DNA of 64,000 nt, taken from NCBI RefSeq assembly GCF_963506605.1, contig NC_083294.1, positions 17,112,001-17,176,000 of the forward strand, given 5' to 3'. A model generated the notes under the pieces. That model had not been told where the DNA came from, made no database searches, and saw nothing but the letters and a program-made list of their open reading frames with translations. Of the stretch, positions 12,501 through 23,623 are shown piece by piece; the stretch's first letter is position 1, and every line of letters starts with the position of its first letter. This DNA is from Zootoca vivipara (taxonomy: Eukaryota). A program made the position numbers and the translations under genes.

Positions 12501-12854
12501 CTGTCATTCAAGAGGCAGGGAGGTGTCCCAGTATCAGATTTGCTTGGTAAGAGGCGGATGGTGAGACTGCAGAGAGAGAGGGTTCTAAGATCCAGGTGTC
12601 AGGCAGGATTTAAAGAGGCAGATTTATCTTCAGGAGGGGCTTGTCCCTTTTTGACTGAGAGGCAAGGGGAAACAGAGGAAGTTTATTTATGCAATGAAGC
12701 AGTCAACCTAGCAGATATTAAACCTTTGGAGCCTTGCTGCAGGAGGGACTCCAGCCATGGTTTTCCTTTGCATGTACCCAGCACAACTAATGACCAAGGG
12801 GTCAGAGTTACTGTAGCACAGTGTCCTGCCATGCTGAGTTCCCTGATGGGGTAG
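9549..12854 (+). CDS. PPP1R26: Protein phosphatase 1 regulatory subunit 26, single coding exon, 1101 aa
   Basis: MFLMNTPPLVALQRTWEPF matches the human N-terminus as recalled (MFLMNASPVVALQSKWEAF); RVxF PP1-docking motif KKRVRF (RVRF at 11604-11615); splice acceptor tttgtgttag ends at 9487; neighbour of PIERCE1 and MRPS2 as in human. Confidence 0.93.
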   Translation: MFLMNTPPLVALQRTWEPFVPSRNCRYPICFSESEDDIARTAVSAKVQVIINNLQSEEASLDASCSEYGCLMQKKQKGTKVRSPKLRASGRTLQKHIEYTQSHSPADSDGMEVEESSEFGPLLLNSDSDDSVDRDIEEAIQEYLKNKGQCISPLPSEAKNLHSVDNAACSLFPTDGKLNEVQCPCSRNYFEGDTASSPCSVSSNDSFEQSIEAEIEQFLNEKKQQSRKKDITLGHSKLHQKETVRNRKESGRRYLKQERGKALFLRHHLELGGTNAPSKQESKTNGEELGDFSTTGQAPLKTPLAGHSCILEQSRKGKKRQALWKAREKQTLQSIDISDSSSDDGIEEAIQLYQLEKTRKAADSKAGHAPFPKEEFGAIRIKDISARLMIRSVKGALPEIPRKALSRKGRQNCSKAAELNKFHTICSKTAEKGNVGHTLEDGFAKCALTFQASCRTDTAAELMCAEAILDISKTILPLPTGSSNSRSFATSDPSFCSQSVPPFQIESDSDSVNSDDSIEQEIRTFLAVKAQAGGLVAKNEGVSHIAQISPFSGQPLKLSPSQKRKPKAGSKQGQSTQLVLSDMPQGEGGLSILKNNKVGGAVASCQQDAVTIASLIDFGNPLSQGQLGARELFKSMAWGQQKYIIEDKSSSFDSDEDLDTAIKDLLRSKRKLKKKPKDQRILCKKRVRFSETEMQILGDKKTDYKPKAPSLLKSCLMSPGINFGEEDAKKGLRSIMKSQSVKATECVLEFKKECHTKSVAGPKTWDGAKSNQCLWAATSLTDNSSSMDSDDSIEQEIQRFLAEKAKDSTEVPRADGIVETLQIDKPQTAVSKAKHQLFRDGGNTLLEWSKKAKKAGPLMIVLRSSLKAEEETMQNVSHCDMQVVSSEWDLCSQGTVQTKRSGLPAKHAVVQRKVGYDSKLDQRNIPPGKGKSENFKSQNYFKSLSSFKRKSPYEFKVSSKFIAGLRSTQNKKKPVLVGKGQGEELSFKRQGGVPVSDLLGKRRMVRLQRERVLRSRCQAGFKEADLSSGGACPFLTERQGETEEVYLCNEAVNLADIKPLEPCCRRDSSHGFPLHVPSTTNDQGVRVTVAQCPAMLSSLMG

Positions 12855-14369
12855 AAGGGGAAACCCAGGAGCTTCACACCAGTTGGGAGGAGTGTAGTAA
12901 AGTTCCCAGCAGCTCTTATAGTTTGCAACAGATGGAGAATCCTTGATTGGCCAGGATAGGCTAGCAGAGGAGCAAACCCAGAAAGTTTTAGAGGAAGGCT
13001 GTGCAGAATTTTTAGGTGTAACCCCAGTGGTGTATGCACACTGGTGAAAAGCAAGGTCTCCAGTTGGAAGGGCTTTATTTTTTACAGCATCTGTGTGTGG
13101 GTTTGTTTGTTTTTTTAAGGTAAAAGCCTGCATTACAGTTAGGTTTTCTGACATCTTGATTAATCTTCATGCTGGAAGGGGTGAGGATTTTGTTGCAGCT
13201 TATGAAGATTGGGATGAATGTTCTTTTCCTCACCTTCCCCTGCATCATCCTTGAGTTACAAGGACAGAATCTTATAATTGTAGAGTTTGAAGGAATCCAA
13301 AGGGTCATCTAGCCCAACTCCATTATCTACTCTGCACCTCAAGATCCACCGACAGTGGAAAACCTATGCCTCCCCCCGACCAGGAGATTTATCCTTATCA
13401 GATAAAGAAAATGTAATCTTTATTAAGCAGCCCAGAGTGTCGTGGTCTTCAAAGTATTCAAAATGGAAAGAGAATTTGGGACAAATGCCGACAGTATATA
13501 TTTCCATTGAAGGAATCTGTCACCTATTACATGGACTTGATTCCCCTCCCCTCCCTTTTTAAAGACTGTTCTAAGTTATTTTAAAAGTGCTTTAGGAGAG
13601 TCTTTTTGTAACAGTGTATAGAGCACCCCTAACTGCAGAGAACTGTAGTTCATGTTCATTGGGATTGGAAAACTTGTGGGGTCTCCAGATGTTGCTGGAG
13701 TAAAACTCCCATTATCCCCACCCACTGGTCATGCTGGTATAGAGCTGATGGGAGTTGGAATCTAACAATATCTGGAGGGTGCAGGAGTTTCCCCACCCAC
13801 TTATCACAGACAATGAATATAACTCTGGTCTGAGACTTTTGACCTTATTCTTAGAACAGCCTTCCCCAGCCTCCTGGAGCTGATGGGAGTTGTAGTCCAG
13901 AACTTCTGGAAGGCACCTGGTTGGTGAGGGCTGTCTTAAACACTTCCACAGAGTCAAGTGTTTCTTTCCAAGAGCAGGTATATTGAAGTTACTTCTGCCT
14001 TCCTTCATAGAAGATAAACGTGATAGCAGAAAGTGGTTGCATCTCAGAATCTGCATTTTTCCCCCTCCAATTAGTCTGTATTTTTTTAATGCTGCTTTCA
14101 CATCTCATTTTACATTGAAACCTCATGGCAATCTGCCTCTTCTCACTATAAACCCTTACTATAAATTCTTCTATTGCTCTTTAAACCCCCAGATCAGTTT
14201 ATGGGGACCCTCGGGGCAGGGGGGGGGAGGGTGCATCTGTATTCATGACTCAAATTGCAGTACTTTGTAGCTTGTGGTTTCGATTCTGTCTGACTGAAGA
14301 AGCACTTTTGAACTTGTTTTGTATATAAGAAGTGGTGTACATTCATACATTCATACATTTATAAGATTT

Positions 14370-14375
14370 AATAAA
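14370..14375 (+). terminator. Candidate PPP1R26 polyadenylation signal
   Basis: AATAAA about 1.5 kb after the stop, followed by a GT/T-rich tract (gtgttttctttttt). Confidence 0.45.
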
Positions 14376-15555
14376 CTAGGTTCAGAGTTTGAACCATGAA
14401 ACCAAAAGTGTTTTCTTTTTTAATGTCTCAGATGTTTCAGAGAGATTTAGGTCCACAACCACCACATGGTCCTCTGTTGTTTATCTTACTCAGGCCATTT
14501 CCAAAGGGGCTTTGTCCACCATCTTAAGGTGTAAGCAGAAAGGAACAGTTGTATTCTGTACCCCAGTCAATAATGGAGCCTACTAGATCAGGCCAGAGGG
14601 GTCCCATCTAGTCCAGCATCCGTTTCTTACAGTGGCCAACCAAAACCCCCAATGGGAAGAAGCCCAAAAGCAAGACCAGAGCAAGAGAGCATCTCTCTCC
14701 ACTTATGATTCCCAGCAACTGCTATTCAGAGGCATGCTAGCTCCCAACAGCAAGGAAGAACGAAAGAAAAGCCTGCTGAAAAGGTGCCTGCCTGGTTTCA
14801 ATAGCCAGGGTGTTCCAGAGTGATAGGTGCTGCCATACTAAAAGATGGATTTCTTACAAATGGGGAATGAGTATTATGTGGCACCTGTAACAGTGTCAGT
14901 TTCACAGGTTGAAGCAGTCATGTGAGCATTTGCGGAGTAAGGTAATCTCGCAGGTAAACTCATCCCAAGTTTCTGGACCTCATTGTTCTGAATAAAATAG
15001 GAACATAAGTGGCCATATTCCAGCTCTGACTGTTAATCCACCTAACTCAGTATTGCCTACAATGACTGGTCTTCCCAGAGTTTCCAAAGTCTCTCCAGGG
15101 TTTCAGGCAGGGCGTTCCCAGCCCTAGCTGGAGATGCCAGCAGGGATTGAACCCAGGACCTTCGACATGTTCACCAATGAGCTACAGCCCTTCCCCAAGT
15201 GTGAAGGCAGACAATGCATGCAGATTGCAGATTCCTAACATTTTAATGATTGACACAATAGTTGTTACACGGTAACCTTAATTAAACCTAACAGTGATAT
15301 TCTCTGCAAGCTCTTTGCCCTGGATGCAATCCAAAGCCATTTAACCCCACTTGTTGAAATCTGTAAGAGCTTTCTAGATAAAGAGGAGCATGTAGGCAGA
15401 AATTGTTCACTGAAACTAGGGGTGGGGGCCACAGAAAAAAGTTGTTTTTTCAGGAGTTTCAAAGTAGTCAGTTTTTATAATCATTCCTTGGTGTCGTTAG
15501 TTAGGATAAAGGAGTGAAAGCTTAAATGGGCAGCAACTTGGCTTCCAGGTGCCCC

Positions 15556-15744
15556 CTACTCGCAAAAGGATGGCCCCCCTGTCCTGTAACTGGGGTGGAA
15601 GTTGAGCGTGTCAAAGCAGGTGATGAAGTTTTCTGAGCCTGTCACATAGCTCTTTTCTGTGGTGGTGTTGATCCCGGTGTTCTGGTATGGGCCAAACTTC
15701 ACAAGCTGGTTTGAGAAGGCATGTGGGGAAACATGGAAGCTGGT
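15556..15744 (-). CDS. PIERCE1: PIERCE1 (C9orf116) exon 3
   Basis: Acceptor ttcttcccaacag; TSFHVSPHAFSNQLVKFGPYQNTGINTTTEKSYVTGSENFITCFDTLNFHPSYRTGGPSFCE*; the LNFHPSY motif matches human. Confidence 0.92.
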   Translation of the reverse strand, partial: TSFHVSPHAFSNQLVKFGPYQNTGINTTTEKSYVTGSENFITCFDTLNFHPSYRTGGPSFCE

Positions 15745-16828
15745 CTGTTGGGAAGAAAGTAGGATGTGAACGATTATCTGGAACCCCGAGACTAGTAAAT
15801 TAACTTGAGTAGCTCAGACCACAGGGAACCCCCTCTAGGCACACAAAATGGAAAAAAAAATAGGAACCTGTGCACTAAGGACACTGACTCCTGCCTAGAA
15901 GTCAGGGAAGTCACCCTGCAGTCTGTATAAGAACATAAGGAGACCCAGCTGGATCAGAACACAGGGCCCACCCAGTCCAGTTTCCCATTCTTACAGTCCT
16001 ACCAGAGGCCCGATATGGGAAACCCACAAGCAGAATTCCTAGTGGAAAAGTCTTTGCCAGTTGGCAATTCCCAGCAATGTATTCAGAGGCATACTGACTC
16101 CAGCATCAGAATTAGCATGTAGAACCTAAGGACCTAAAAATAGCTCTGCTGGATTAGGCCAAAGGCATATCTAGTCCAGCATGCTGTCATCACAGTGGCC
16201 ATGCAGATGCCTGCTATCAGAAGTTCCCAAGCAGGACCAGAGCGCATGAGCAACACTCCCATCCTGCGGTTTCCAGCAACAGGCATTCAGAAGCATTATT
16301 GCCTCTTAGCTTATGGAGGCAGAGCATAGCCACCTTGCCTAGTAGCCATCAATAGCCCTCTTCTCCATGCACACACAGTTGTCCATGTCCCTAATGATCA
16401 ACTCGCTCACAATTATGGCACCCCAGAGGACTATCATAATGAGGATAACTTCTCTCAAAGAACAGGTCCTTTTCTAAGGGGCAATTTCCCTCTTTCTTAG
16501 GGACAATTAAAAGTAAGATTCCAGCAGCATTTTGAGTGCTCTTCTCATGGAGCAACTCATGATATTTTATTCATTATTATAATATCAGACCACACTTCCA
16601 TTAAAAATGCAGCAATACAAAATTGCTGGTGTATCTGCTTATTTTCTTCTAAAAACATCAATACATACTGATCGGGGGGGGTTGGGGGGGGTTAAGCCAT
16701 GCTCTAAAGGCCTGTCTGGGTAACACCATTTTAAGGAGATATTAAAAAATGAAAAAAATGATTCCTACCAAACCTCCACTGGCAGGGAGTTACACAGGGC
16801 AGGGCCTCCCTAATAAAGGCTGAATGAA

Positions 16829-17190
16829 CCAGTGTGGTGTAGTGGTTAGAGTGCTGGAGTAGGACCTGGGAGGCCTGGGTTCGAATCCCCACTCGTCACG
16901 AAGTGCACTGGGTGTGATCTTGAGCCAGCCTACCTCGAAGGGATGTTAGGAGAAGAAACCGGGGACATGTACAGTGTTGTGGTTAAAGTTGTTGGACTAG
17001 GACCTGGGAGAGACCAGGGTTCAATTCCCTACTCACCATGAAGCACACTGGGCATGACATTGGGCCAGGCCAGGCCCTGCCTATCACCCAAACCTACATT
17101 GCAGGGTTGTTGTGGAGATTGAGCAAAGGCAGAACCAAGTATGCCACCTTGAGCTCCTTGAAGAAGAAAAAAGCGGGATATAAATAAAAT
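16829..17190 (+). mobile_element. Two tandem tRNA-derived SINE copies with L2-type tail
   Basis: A-box/B-box-like gtggtgtagtggttagag...gggttcgaatccc repeated twice; ends gggatataaataaaata. Boundaries approximate. Confidence 0.6.
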
Positions 17191-17341
17191 ACATAACCTC
17201 AGTGATTGACGTAGAGCATAAGAGATCAAGTGCTTCTTAAGGTATACTTTGGCCTCATGATTTCTAGGGCTCTGTGAATTAACACAAGGGCCATGAACCT
17301 GTCTGGGGCACAACTTAACAAGTCAGCAAAACTGCTCATAC

Positions 17342-17420
17342 CGGCATGTCATGCACCGTGGGGGGTTTCCCACCGTAGTCCATGTTGGTGGTCCTGAACA
17401 GTGGGTTGGGCTCTTTATAT
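17342..17420 (-). CDS. PIERCE1: PIERCE1 exon 2
   Basis: tctttcag acceptor and gtatgag donor; (R)YKEPNPLFRTTNMDYGGKPPTVHDMP, compare human YRTSNQAYGSRAPTVHEMP; phase fits exons 1 and 3. Confidence 0.92.
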
Positions 17421-18065
17421 CTGAAAGACAGGATTCCAGTTGAATATAGGTAATCACACTTTTCCTATTACTATTAGGACAACCAATGTTGGCAGAAGAA
17501 TTGGTCATATATATGATCTTAGCAGCTCGGACAGTAATTGCAATTCAATGGGGGGGACCCCCAAAACTGACACTGGACACTCGGTACCACTCACTCTGGA
17601 ACAGAGCTAAAATGGGTTAAATTACATATGATTTGAGATCCCAACAGGGACTAAAACTTCCAGACACTTTTTATGTGATTTGGCATTCCTTTATGACGTA
17701 AACAGCAGAACCATCATTTTCAGGACAAACCTCATCACAAGCCTGGCAAATGTGAAAGTAGTCTTTACTACGGCAGCAGTTTCATTATTTTAACCTCTGT
17801 GCACTGGATTTGCTATGTGCCTACTTTGTAGTTCCATTTTTCATGTTTTAATTTGCATCTGTTATAACAGTTCTCCTTGTTTTATATACACGATAAAATG
17901 ATATTTAATCATATTTACAAAAAGAAAAAAGCAGGCACTGACTGGCAGCTGCTCTCCAGAGTTTCAGGCAAGGTTCTTCTCCCCACCCCACACCCAACTT
18001 GGTGATTCCTTGAGGGGAGGGCACACCTGTTTGCAAAGCAGGTGCCCACCATCCATCCCTCTCAC

Positions 18066-18211
18066 CTGTAGCCTCGGAACCATCCAGGGTTGTTGAATCG
18101 GGGAGGCAAGGTTGGATCCACTCTGTAGTAATCAGAGGTCCTCTGTCCCACCTCCCCATCCTTTTTCTCAAGGGAGACTGTTGTGCCTGGGCAAACCTGT
18201 TCCTGGGACAT
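18066..18211 (-). CDS. PIERCE1: PIERCE1 exon 1 (protein 137 aa in total; microtubule inner protein of motile cilia)
   Basis: MSQEQVCPGTTVSLEKKDGEVGQRTSDYYRVDPTLPPRFNNPGWFRGY then gtgaga donor; RTSDYYRV and RFNNPGWFRGY match human. Confidence 0.92.
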
Positions 18212-18351
18212 TGCAGAGAGAAGGGGCTATTTTGGGGGGGAGGTTGTAACTCTCTTTCTGAAAGCCTGCAGTGAGGGGGGGGGGGAGTGGCAAGAAAGAA
18301 CCCAGACCTCAAAGATGGTGGTTGGTTCTTGTGTAGAAACAAAGCCACTGG

Positions 18352-18364
18352 GTTGCTAGGAAAC
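18352..18364. promoter_or_regulatory. RFX X-box upstream of PIERCE1
   Basis: GTTGCTAGGAAAC about 140 bp 5' of the PIERCE1 ATG. Confidence 0.65.
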
Positions 18365-18639
18365 CCTACGAAGCAGGAACAGCTCTTAAAGGGACCAGCG
18401 TCCGAGAATATCGGTATGGATTTGACACCCAGTAATACTAGGCAGTGTTGTGTGGTAGTTACAGCAAGGTTCAAATCCCCACTCAGTCAGGAAGCTTATT
18501 CAGTGGCCTTGGGCCTCTCACTGACCAATCTACCTCACAGGGCTGTTGTACACCACCTTGAGCTCCATGGAGGAAAGATGGGCTGTAAATCAAATTCATA
18601 ATACATAGGACAGGACCACCAAGTCCCACCCACCCCCGT

Positions 18640-19200
18640 CTCTGGATTGATAGTGGGTCAAACCACCGGTTCATCTAGCTCAATATTGCAGACACTGACT
18701 GGCAGCAGCTCTCCAAGGTTTCAGATGGGACATTCTTAGCCCTATCTTGAGATGCCAGTGGGGGTTGAACCTGGGACCTTCTGAATGCAAAGCAGGTGCT
18801 GGAGTCTGGACCACTGGGCTACAGCCCTTCCCCTGAAAATAATATAAAATTCTAGAGCTCCTAGCCCTGAAAAAAGCCTGCATTAAAACAGGAACATGGG
18901 TCCATATAGCTCAGTGCTGTCTACACTGAATGGCAGCAGCTTCTCGGGGCTTCAGACATAAGTCATCCCCCAACCCTACCTGGAAATGCTTCAGTGGGCA
19001 TTGAACCTGAGACCTTCTGCATGCAAAGCAGATGCTCAACCACTGAAGTACTGTATTGCTTTTCCCCTGAAAATGAAGTAAGATTCTAGTCCTCGTGGTT
19101 CTGAATAAAAGGCTGAATTAAATAAGAGTATGGGAAGCTGCATTAAACCAATCAGGACATTTGCCCACCTAGATTAGTATTGTCAACACTGACTGGCAGA
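18640..19200 (-). mobile_element. Tandem array of tRNA-derived SINEs (Squam3-like); representative of many copies in the window
   Basis: Repeated ctagctcagtattg...gactggcagcagctctcc...ttgaacctgggaccttctgcatgcaaagcag units separated by the ttctagtcctc linker. Family name tentative. Confidence 0.7.
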
Positions 19201-19599
19201 GACTTTCCTGGTGGTGGAGGTGGTGGTGGTTTGAATTTATATACCGCCATATACCCGGTTCCTGCTGATCTTTTAGTGGGGCAGGGTTGAATTGGATCTG
19301 CTTAATAATATACAGTATATATTAAATTTGGGGAAGAGTCCTAGTTTGGTGGTAGATAATCTGCTTTGCGTACAAAAGGTCCCAGGTTCAGTTCCCAATG
19401 GCAGCCCTGGAAGAACCTCTCTCCCCGAAACCCAGGAGAGTAGCTGTCAGTCAGTTGACAACACAAAGAAAAGATGGAGCAATGTCTTGATTGAGTATAA
19501 GGCAGCTTGCCCTGTTCCTATCAATAAGATGTATTATTTGATGACTCTTTCAGGTTGTTTTGAATGCTTATTTTTGTAAGTTAGGTCTCTGAGCCAGGC

Positions 19600-20060
19600 G
19601 TGACAAAAATGGGCTTTGGGGATCCGCATTGACCGCGCACAATTCACTTCGTTCTGTAAAGCTGCATTGGAGGGGAGGGAATTGCGTTTGAGTCCGTTTT
19701 GCGCTTTTGCAACAGCAGGTGGAGCTGCTACGCGCAGGGACAGGCGGCCTCTCGTCCCTCCCTCCCTCCAACCTTCCTTCCTTCCTTCCTGCGGCCAGGA
19801 GAGGCATGATGGCGGCGCCCAGGCTCCTCCGAGGAGCAGCGGCAGGTAAGGAAAAGGAAGGGCGAACGCGGCGGGCAATGGTTCCCTCCCGCTGGGCGCT
19901 CCGCGCAAAGCAATTTTTACGCCTGCAACGCAGCAGGAGGAGGAGGAGGTGCAAAATAGTCTGCCTCCAAGCGCGATGCAGATCCCAAGCCCCGCGTGCA
20001 CGCGTGTACGGAAAGGAAAAAGGCACGTTGTACATGCTCCGGGACTGCTGAATCGGGGTT
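19600..20060. promoter_or_regulatory. CpG island, MRPS2 promoter
   Basis: CpG-dense region spanning MRPS2 exon 1; YY1-like GATGGCGGC overlaps the start codons. Confidence 0.75.
19806..19845 (+). CDS. MRPS2: MRPS2 exon 1
   Basis: MMAAPRLLRGAAA+G then gtaag donor; mitochondrial presequence-like; inside the CpG island. Confidence 0.85.
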
Positions 20061-20641
20061 AGGGGGTTCTCATAGTCTTTTGTAGGGTAGGAAAATGGAG
20101 ACGGGGCCTACAAACCATAATGCAGACTTGAGGACTTAAGAAGTGCCTGGCTGCTGGGGGCCCATCTCGTCCAGCATCCTGTTCACGTAGTGGCCAAACT
20201 TCCCTAAAAACCTAGGGATTTAGATAGACTTCCTCTGGACCTGGACAAAAATAAGATAGAGGACACCTGCCTTGCCCGTAGTATGTGTGAAAAGGATGTT
20301 GGAGACGTATAAGACTACAAGCTGAACATGAGTCAACAGTGTGATGCAGCAGCAAAAAGCACTAATGCTTTTCTAGGCTGCATCAACAAAAATATAGTGT
20401 GCCGGCCGTAGAAAGTAATAGTCCTGCCTTATTCTGCCTTGGTCAGACCACAGTTGGTGTACTGTGTCCAGTTCTGAGCAATACCATTTAAGAAGGATAT
20501 TGACAGTGTGCACAGAGGAGGGTGACCAAGATTATGAAGGGTCTGGAAACCAAGCTTTTATGGTGAACAGTTGAGGGAATCGGGTATATTTAGCCTGGAA
20601 CAGAGGAGACCAAGAGGACATATGATAGCCATCTTCAGTTA

Positions 20642-21226
20642 CAGGTGAAACTCGGAAGATTAGAATGTCGTCGAAAAGTGCATTTATTTCAGTAATGCAA
20701 TTTTAATTTTTTAATTTTAATTTTTACAAATGCTTTCTTTTGGAAATTCCACAGTAATAAAACAAATAGTTACAATAATACAAAAATAAACACCGCTATT
20801 ACATTTTATTAATTACATTCCATTTATAATTGACCCGTCTAACAACAAATACAGTGGTACCTCGGTTTGCGACTGCAATCCATTCCGCTGAGGCGTTCGC
20901 TAGCTGAAAGCACGCTTCTGCGCGTGCGCAAAGCAGCGATAGAGCGCTTCTGCGCGCGCTGTGCAGAGCGCTTCTGCGCATCCGACACCACGGAGCCCGG
21001 ATGTAAAAACTTCCTGGTCTGCAGCGTTCGCTTGCTGAAGCGTTCGTAAACGGAGGTAGTCGTAAACCGAGGTTCCACTGTAATTACAATTACAACAAAT
21101 AAAGACTTGACATATCTTGCTTTGCATGTCATGCATCTATCTCATAGTTTGGTTTCACCTTTTTAAGTTGCGTTACTGAAATAAATGCACTTTTCGATGA
21201 TATTCTAATTTTCCGAGTTTCACCTG
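20642..21226. mobile_element. Non-autonomous Tc1/mariner element
   Basis: About 59-bp TIRs caggtgaaactcggaagattagaat... / ...attctaattttccgagtttcacctg; TA duplicated at both ends. Confidence 0.85.
20852..21080. mobile_element. Tigger/pogo-like MITE
   Basis: TA|CAGTGGTACCTCGGTTT ... AAACCGAGGTTCCACTG|TA. Confidence 0.85.
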
Positions 21227-21663
21227 TATCTAAAGGGCTGTCGCATGGAAGGTGATCAATGGGGTGAGAGATGTCGCAGCCAGATCGCCCTCACATCTGG
21301 AGCAAGCTTGTTTTCTCCTGCTCCAGAGGCTGGGAACCAAATCAATGGATTCAAGTTTAGAAGAAAGACATCATGACTGTAAGAACTGTTCGATAGTGGA
21401 ACAGGCTCCCTCAAGTGGTGGTAGGTTCTCCTCAGAGGTTTTTAAGCACAGGTTACATGACCATCTGTCATGTATATTTTAGTTGAGATTCCTGCATAAA
21501 TTCTGTGCTGCGCCAAGAAGTACTTTTATCTGTCCTGAATCTTCCAACAGACTTAGTTACCATGCCCATCTATTTCAGAAGTTTGTTGTGACTTACCGTC
21601 TACAAAATTGTGGTGTCCCCCACCCCCACCCTGGTTTCTCTCTGTATTCTCTGCCTGGATCAG

Positions 21664-21768
21664 TCCTCCCCAGACTTTGCAGCTTGGGTGCTTGGACCAA
21701 GACTCCTCCCACCCTTCAGAGGCTTTATACGACTCTTCAAGCAACAAGTCCAGAAGAAGTTCCCACTG
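21664..21768 (+). CDS. MRPS2: MRPS2 exon 2
   Basis: Pyrimidine tract plus cag acceptor, gtgagc donor; 105 nt, phase 1-1, links exons 1 and 3 in frame (VLPRLCSLGAWTKTPPTLQRLYTTLQATSPEEVPT). Poorly conserved region. Confidence 0.7.
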
Positions 21769-22319
21769 GTGAGCAATCACTGGGGAAAGAGGACGGTGGA
21801 ATTGTAGCTGACGGGAGTGCTGGATTTGGCCCTGGGATTCAAAGTCACACCAGTCACAAGTTGTGGCTGGATTGGGGTGGGGGAGGGATTCTAGGCCATT
21901 TCAACCCTCTCTTCCATTCAGAAAAGGGCGGGGAGCAGGAGGTGTTGACGAAAGGAAAATGGGGTGAGTGAACCTATGAGAATTAGTCCTGCAGAATCAG
22001 GCCAAAGGGATGTCTAGCCCGGCATCTCTGTGGCCAACCAGATGCCCCAACAGGAAGCCCATGGGCAGGACCCAAGCACAAGAGCCCTCTCCCCTGCTGT
22101 GGTTTCCAGCAACTGGGATTCAGCAGCAGCATAGCCATAATGGTTAGTAGCCATTTCTATGAACTTCAAAGCCACTGAAAGGGTAGCCCTAAAGGGTTGT
22201 GGGGCGAATAGCTGGAAAATCAAGAGGAGCTGTGATGTTTTTGTGCAAGGTTTTGATGCAATTCCCAAAGATTTCCTCTGCTCCTGTGAGCCAATTAGCC
22301 ACTTTTTTCATTCTTTCAG

Positions 22320-22449
22320 TTGATTATGACAGGCTCCTAGGGGAGCCCCTGAAAAAACCAGATTTCTTCAACGTGCAAGAGCTTTTCTCCTTAAAGGACC
22401 TCTTTGATGCCAGAGTCCACCTGGGCCACAAGAAGGGTTGCCGTCACAG
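22320..22449 (+). CDS. MRPS2: MRPS2 exon 3
   Basis: ttctttcag acceptor, gtcagt donor; [29 protein letters not shown], the ribosomal S2 N-terminal HLGH signature. Confidence 0.95.
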
Positions 22450-22827
22450 GTCAGTGATTCCATCAGTTTTCTTGTAAACAGAGCCCTAATAGCATGTTAG
22501 ACCCTTGATCCATAGCTATGGCTTGTCTCCTAAAAATAAAATAAGATTCTAGTCCTCATGGTTCTGAAGAAAGGGCTGAATCAAACAGAAGCAAAGATCC
22601 ATCTGGCTTAGTACCGTCAACACTGTACACTGCCTACACTGACTGGCAGCAGCTATCCAGGGTTTCAGGCAGGGGACATTCCTGGCTGAGAAGTGGCCCT
22701 TCCCCTAATAAGAAAATAAAACTCTAGTCCTCATCATTCTGGAGAAAAAGTTGGATGAAATAGGGATATAAGAACTGCCTTGTACCGAGGCAAGCCAATT
22801 GCCCATCTAGCTCAGTATTGTTTACAC

Positions 22828-23078
22828 CAGGGATAGGCAACCTAAGGCCCGTGGACCGGATGTGGCCCAATCGCCTTCTCAATCCAGCTCACGGACAGTC
22901 CAGGAATCAGCATGTTTTTACATGAGTAGAATGTGTCCTTTTATTTAAAATGCATCTCTGGGTAATTGGTGGGGCATAGGAATTTGTTCATATTTTTTTT
23001 TCAAAATATAGTCCGGCCCACTACATGGTCTGAGGGACGGTGGACTGGCCCACGGCTGATAAAGGTTGCTGACCCCTA
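22828..23078. mobile_element. hAT (Charlie-like) MITE
   Basis: 8-bp TSD GTTTACAC; same family as 41909-42157 in the opposite orientation. Confidence 0.85.
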
Positions 23079-23623
23079 GTTTACACTATCTGGCAGCTGT
23101 GACTTGCCAGGTTTTCAGACGGAACATTCCCTGCCCTACCTGAAGATGCCATTGGAGATTGAACCTGCACGCAAAGCAGATGCCATGGCACTGAGCCATG
23201 GTCTTTTTCTTAAACATTAAATAAGATTCTAGTTCTCATCATTCTCAATAAAAGACTGAGTTAATGGATTGCAGCCTGTGGCAGTTTTTCTCATCCTAGA
23301 ACCACCGAAATGAATGGGCTCGAGCATCTCCTCTGCATTTCACCCTCACAACAACCCTGTGAGGTCAGTAAGGCTGAGAGCGAGTGACTGGCCCAAGATC
23401 ACCTGATGGCCGGGGGGGGACAGGACGGTCCTACACTCTAATCACTACACCACACTGGTTCTCATGCTTAAGCTACCCGGCAGGTTTACTGGTCCCAAGT
23501 TGTGAAGGGCTTTATGTTCTAGTAGATAAAGAGGTACTGTAGGTGTGTCAAGTCTCCCATGGCTTTACGAAGACCAAATACCAAACCCCACCACTGCTCA
23601 TGTTTGGCCTCTGTCTCCTACAG

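Larger units (their letters stand above)
20270..21500 (+). mobile_element. CR1 LINE 3' fragment interrupted by nested DNA transposons
   Basis: Degenerate ORF2 LNMSQQCDAAAKK...LGCINK...YSALVRPQL.YCVQF...GLETKLY; resumes (YLKGC) after 21228. Outer boundaries approximate. Confidence 0.8.

Noticed and set aside
16829-16900. tRNA-like sequences at SINE heads
   Set aside because: A and B boxes are present but there is no complete cloverleaf, and they continue into SINE bodies.
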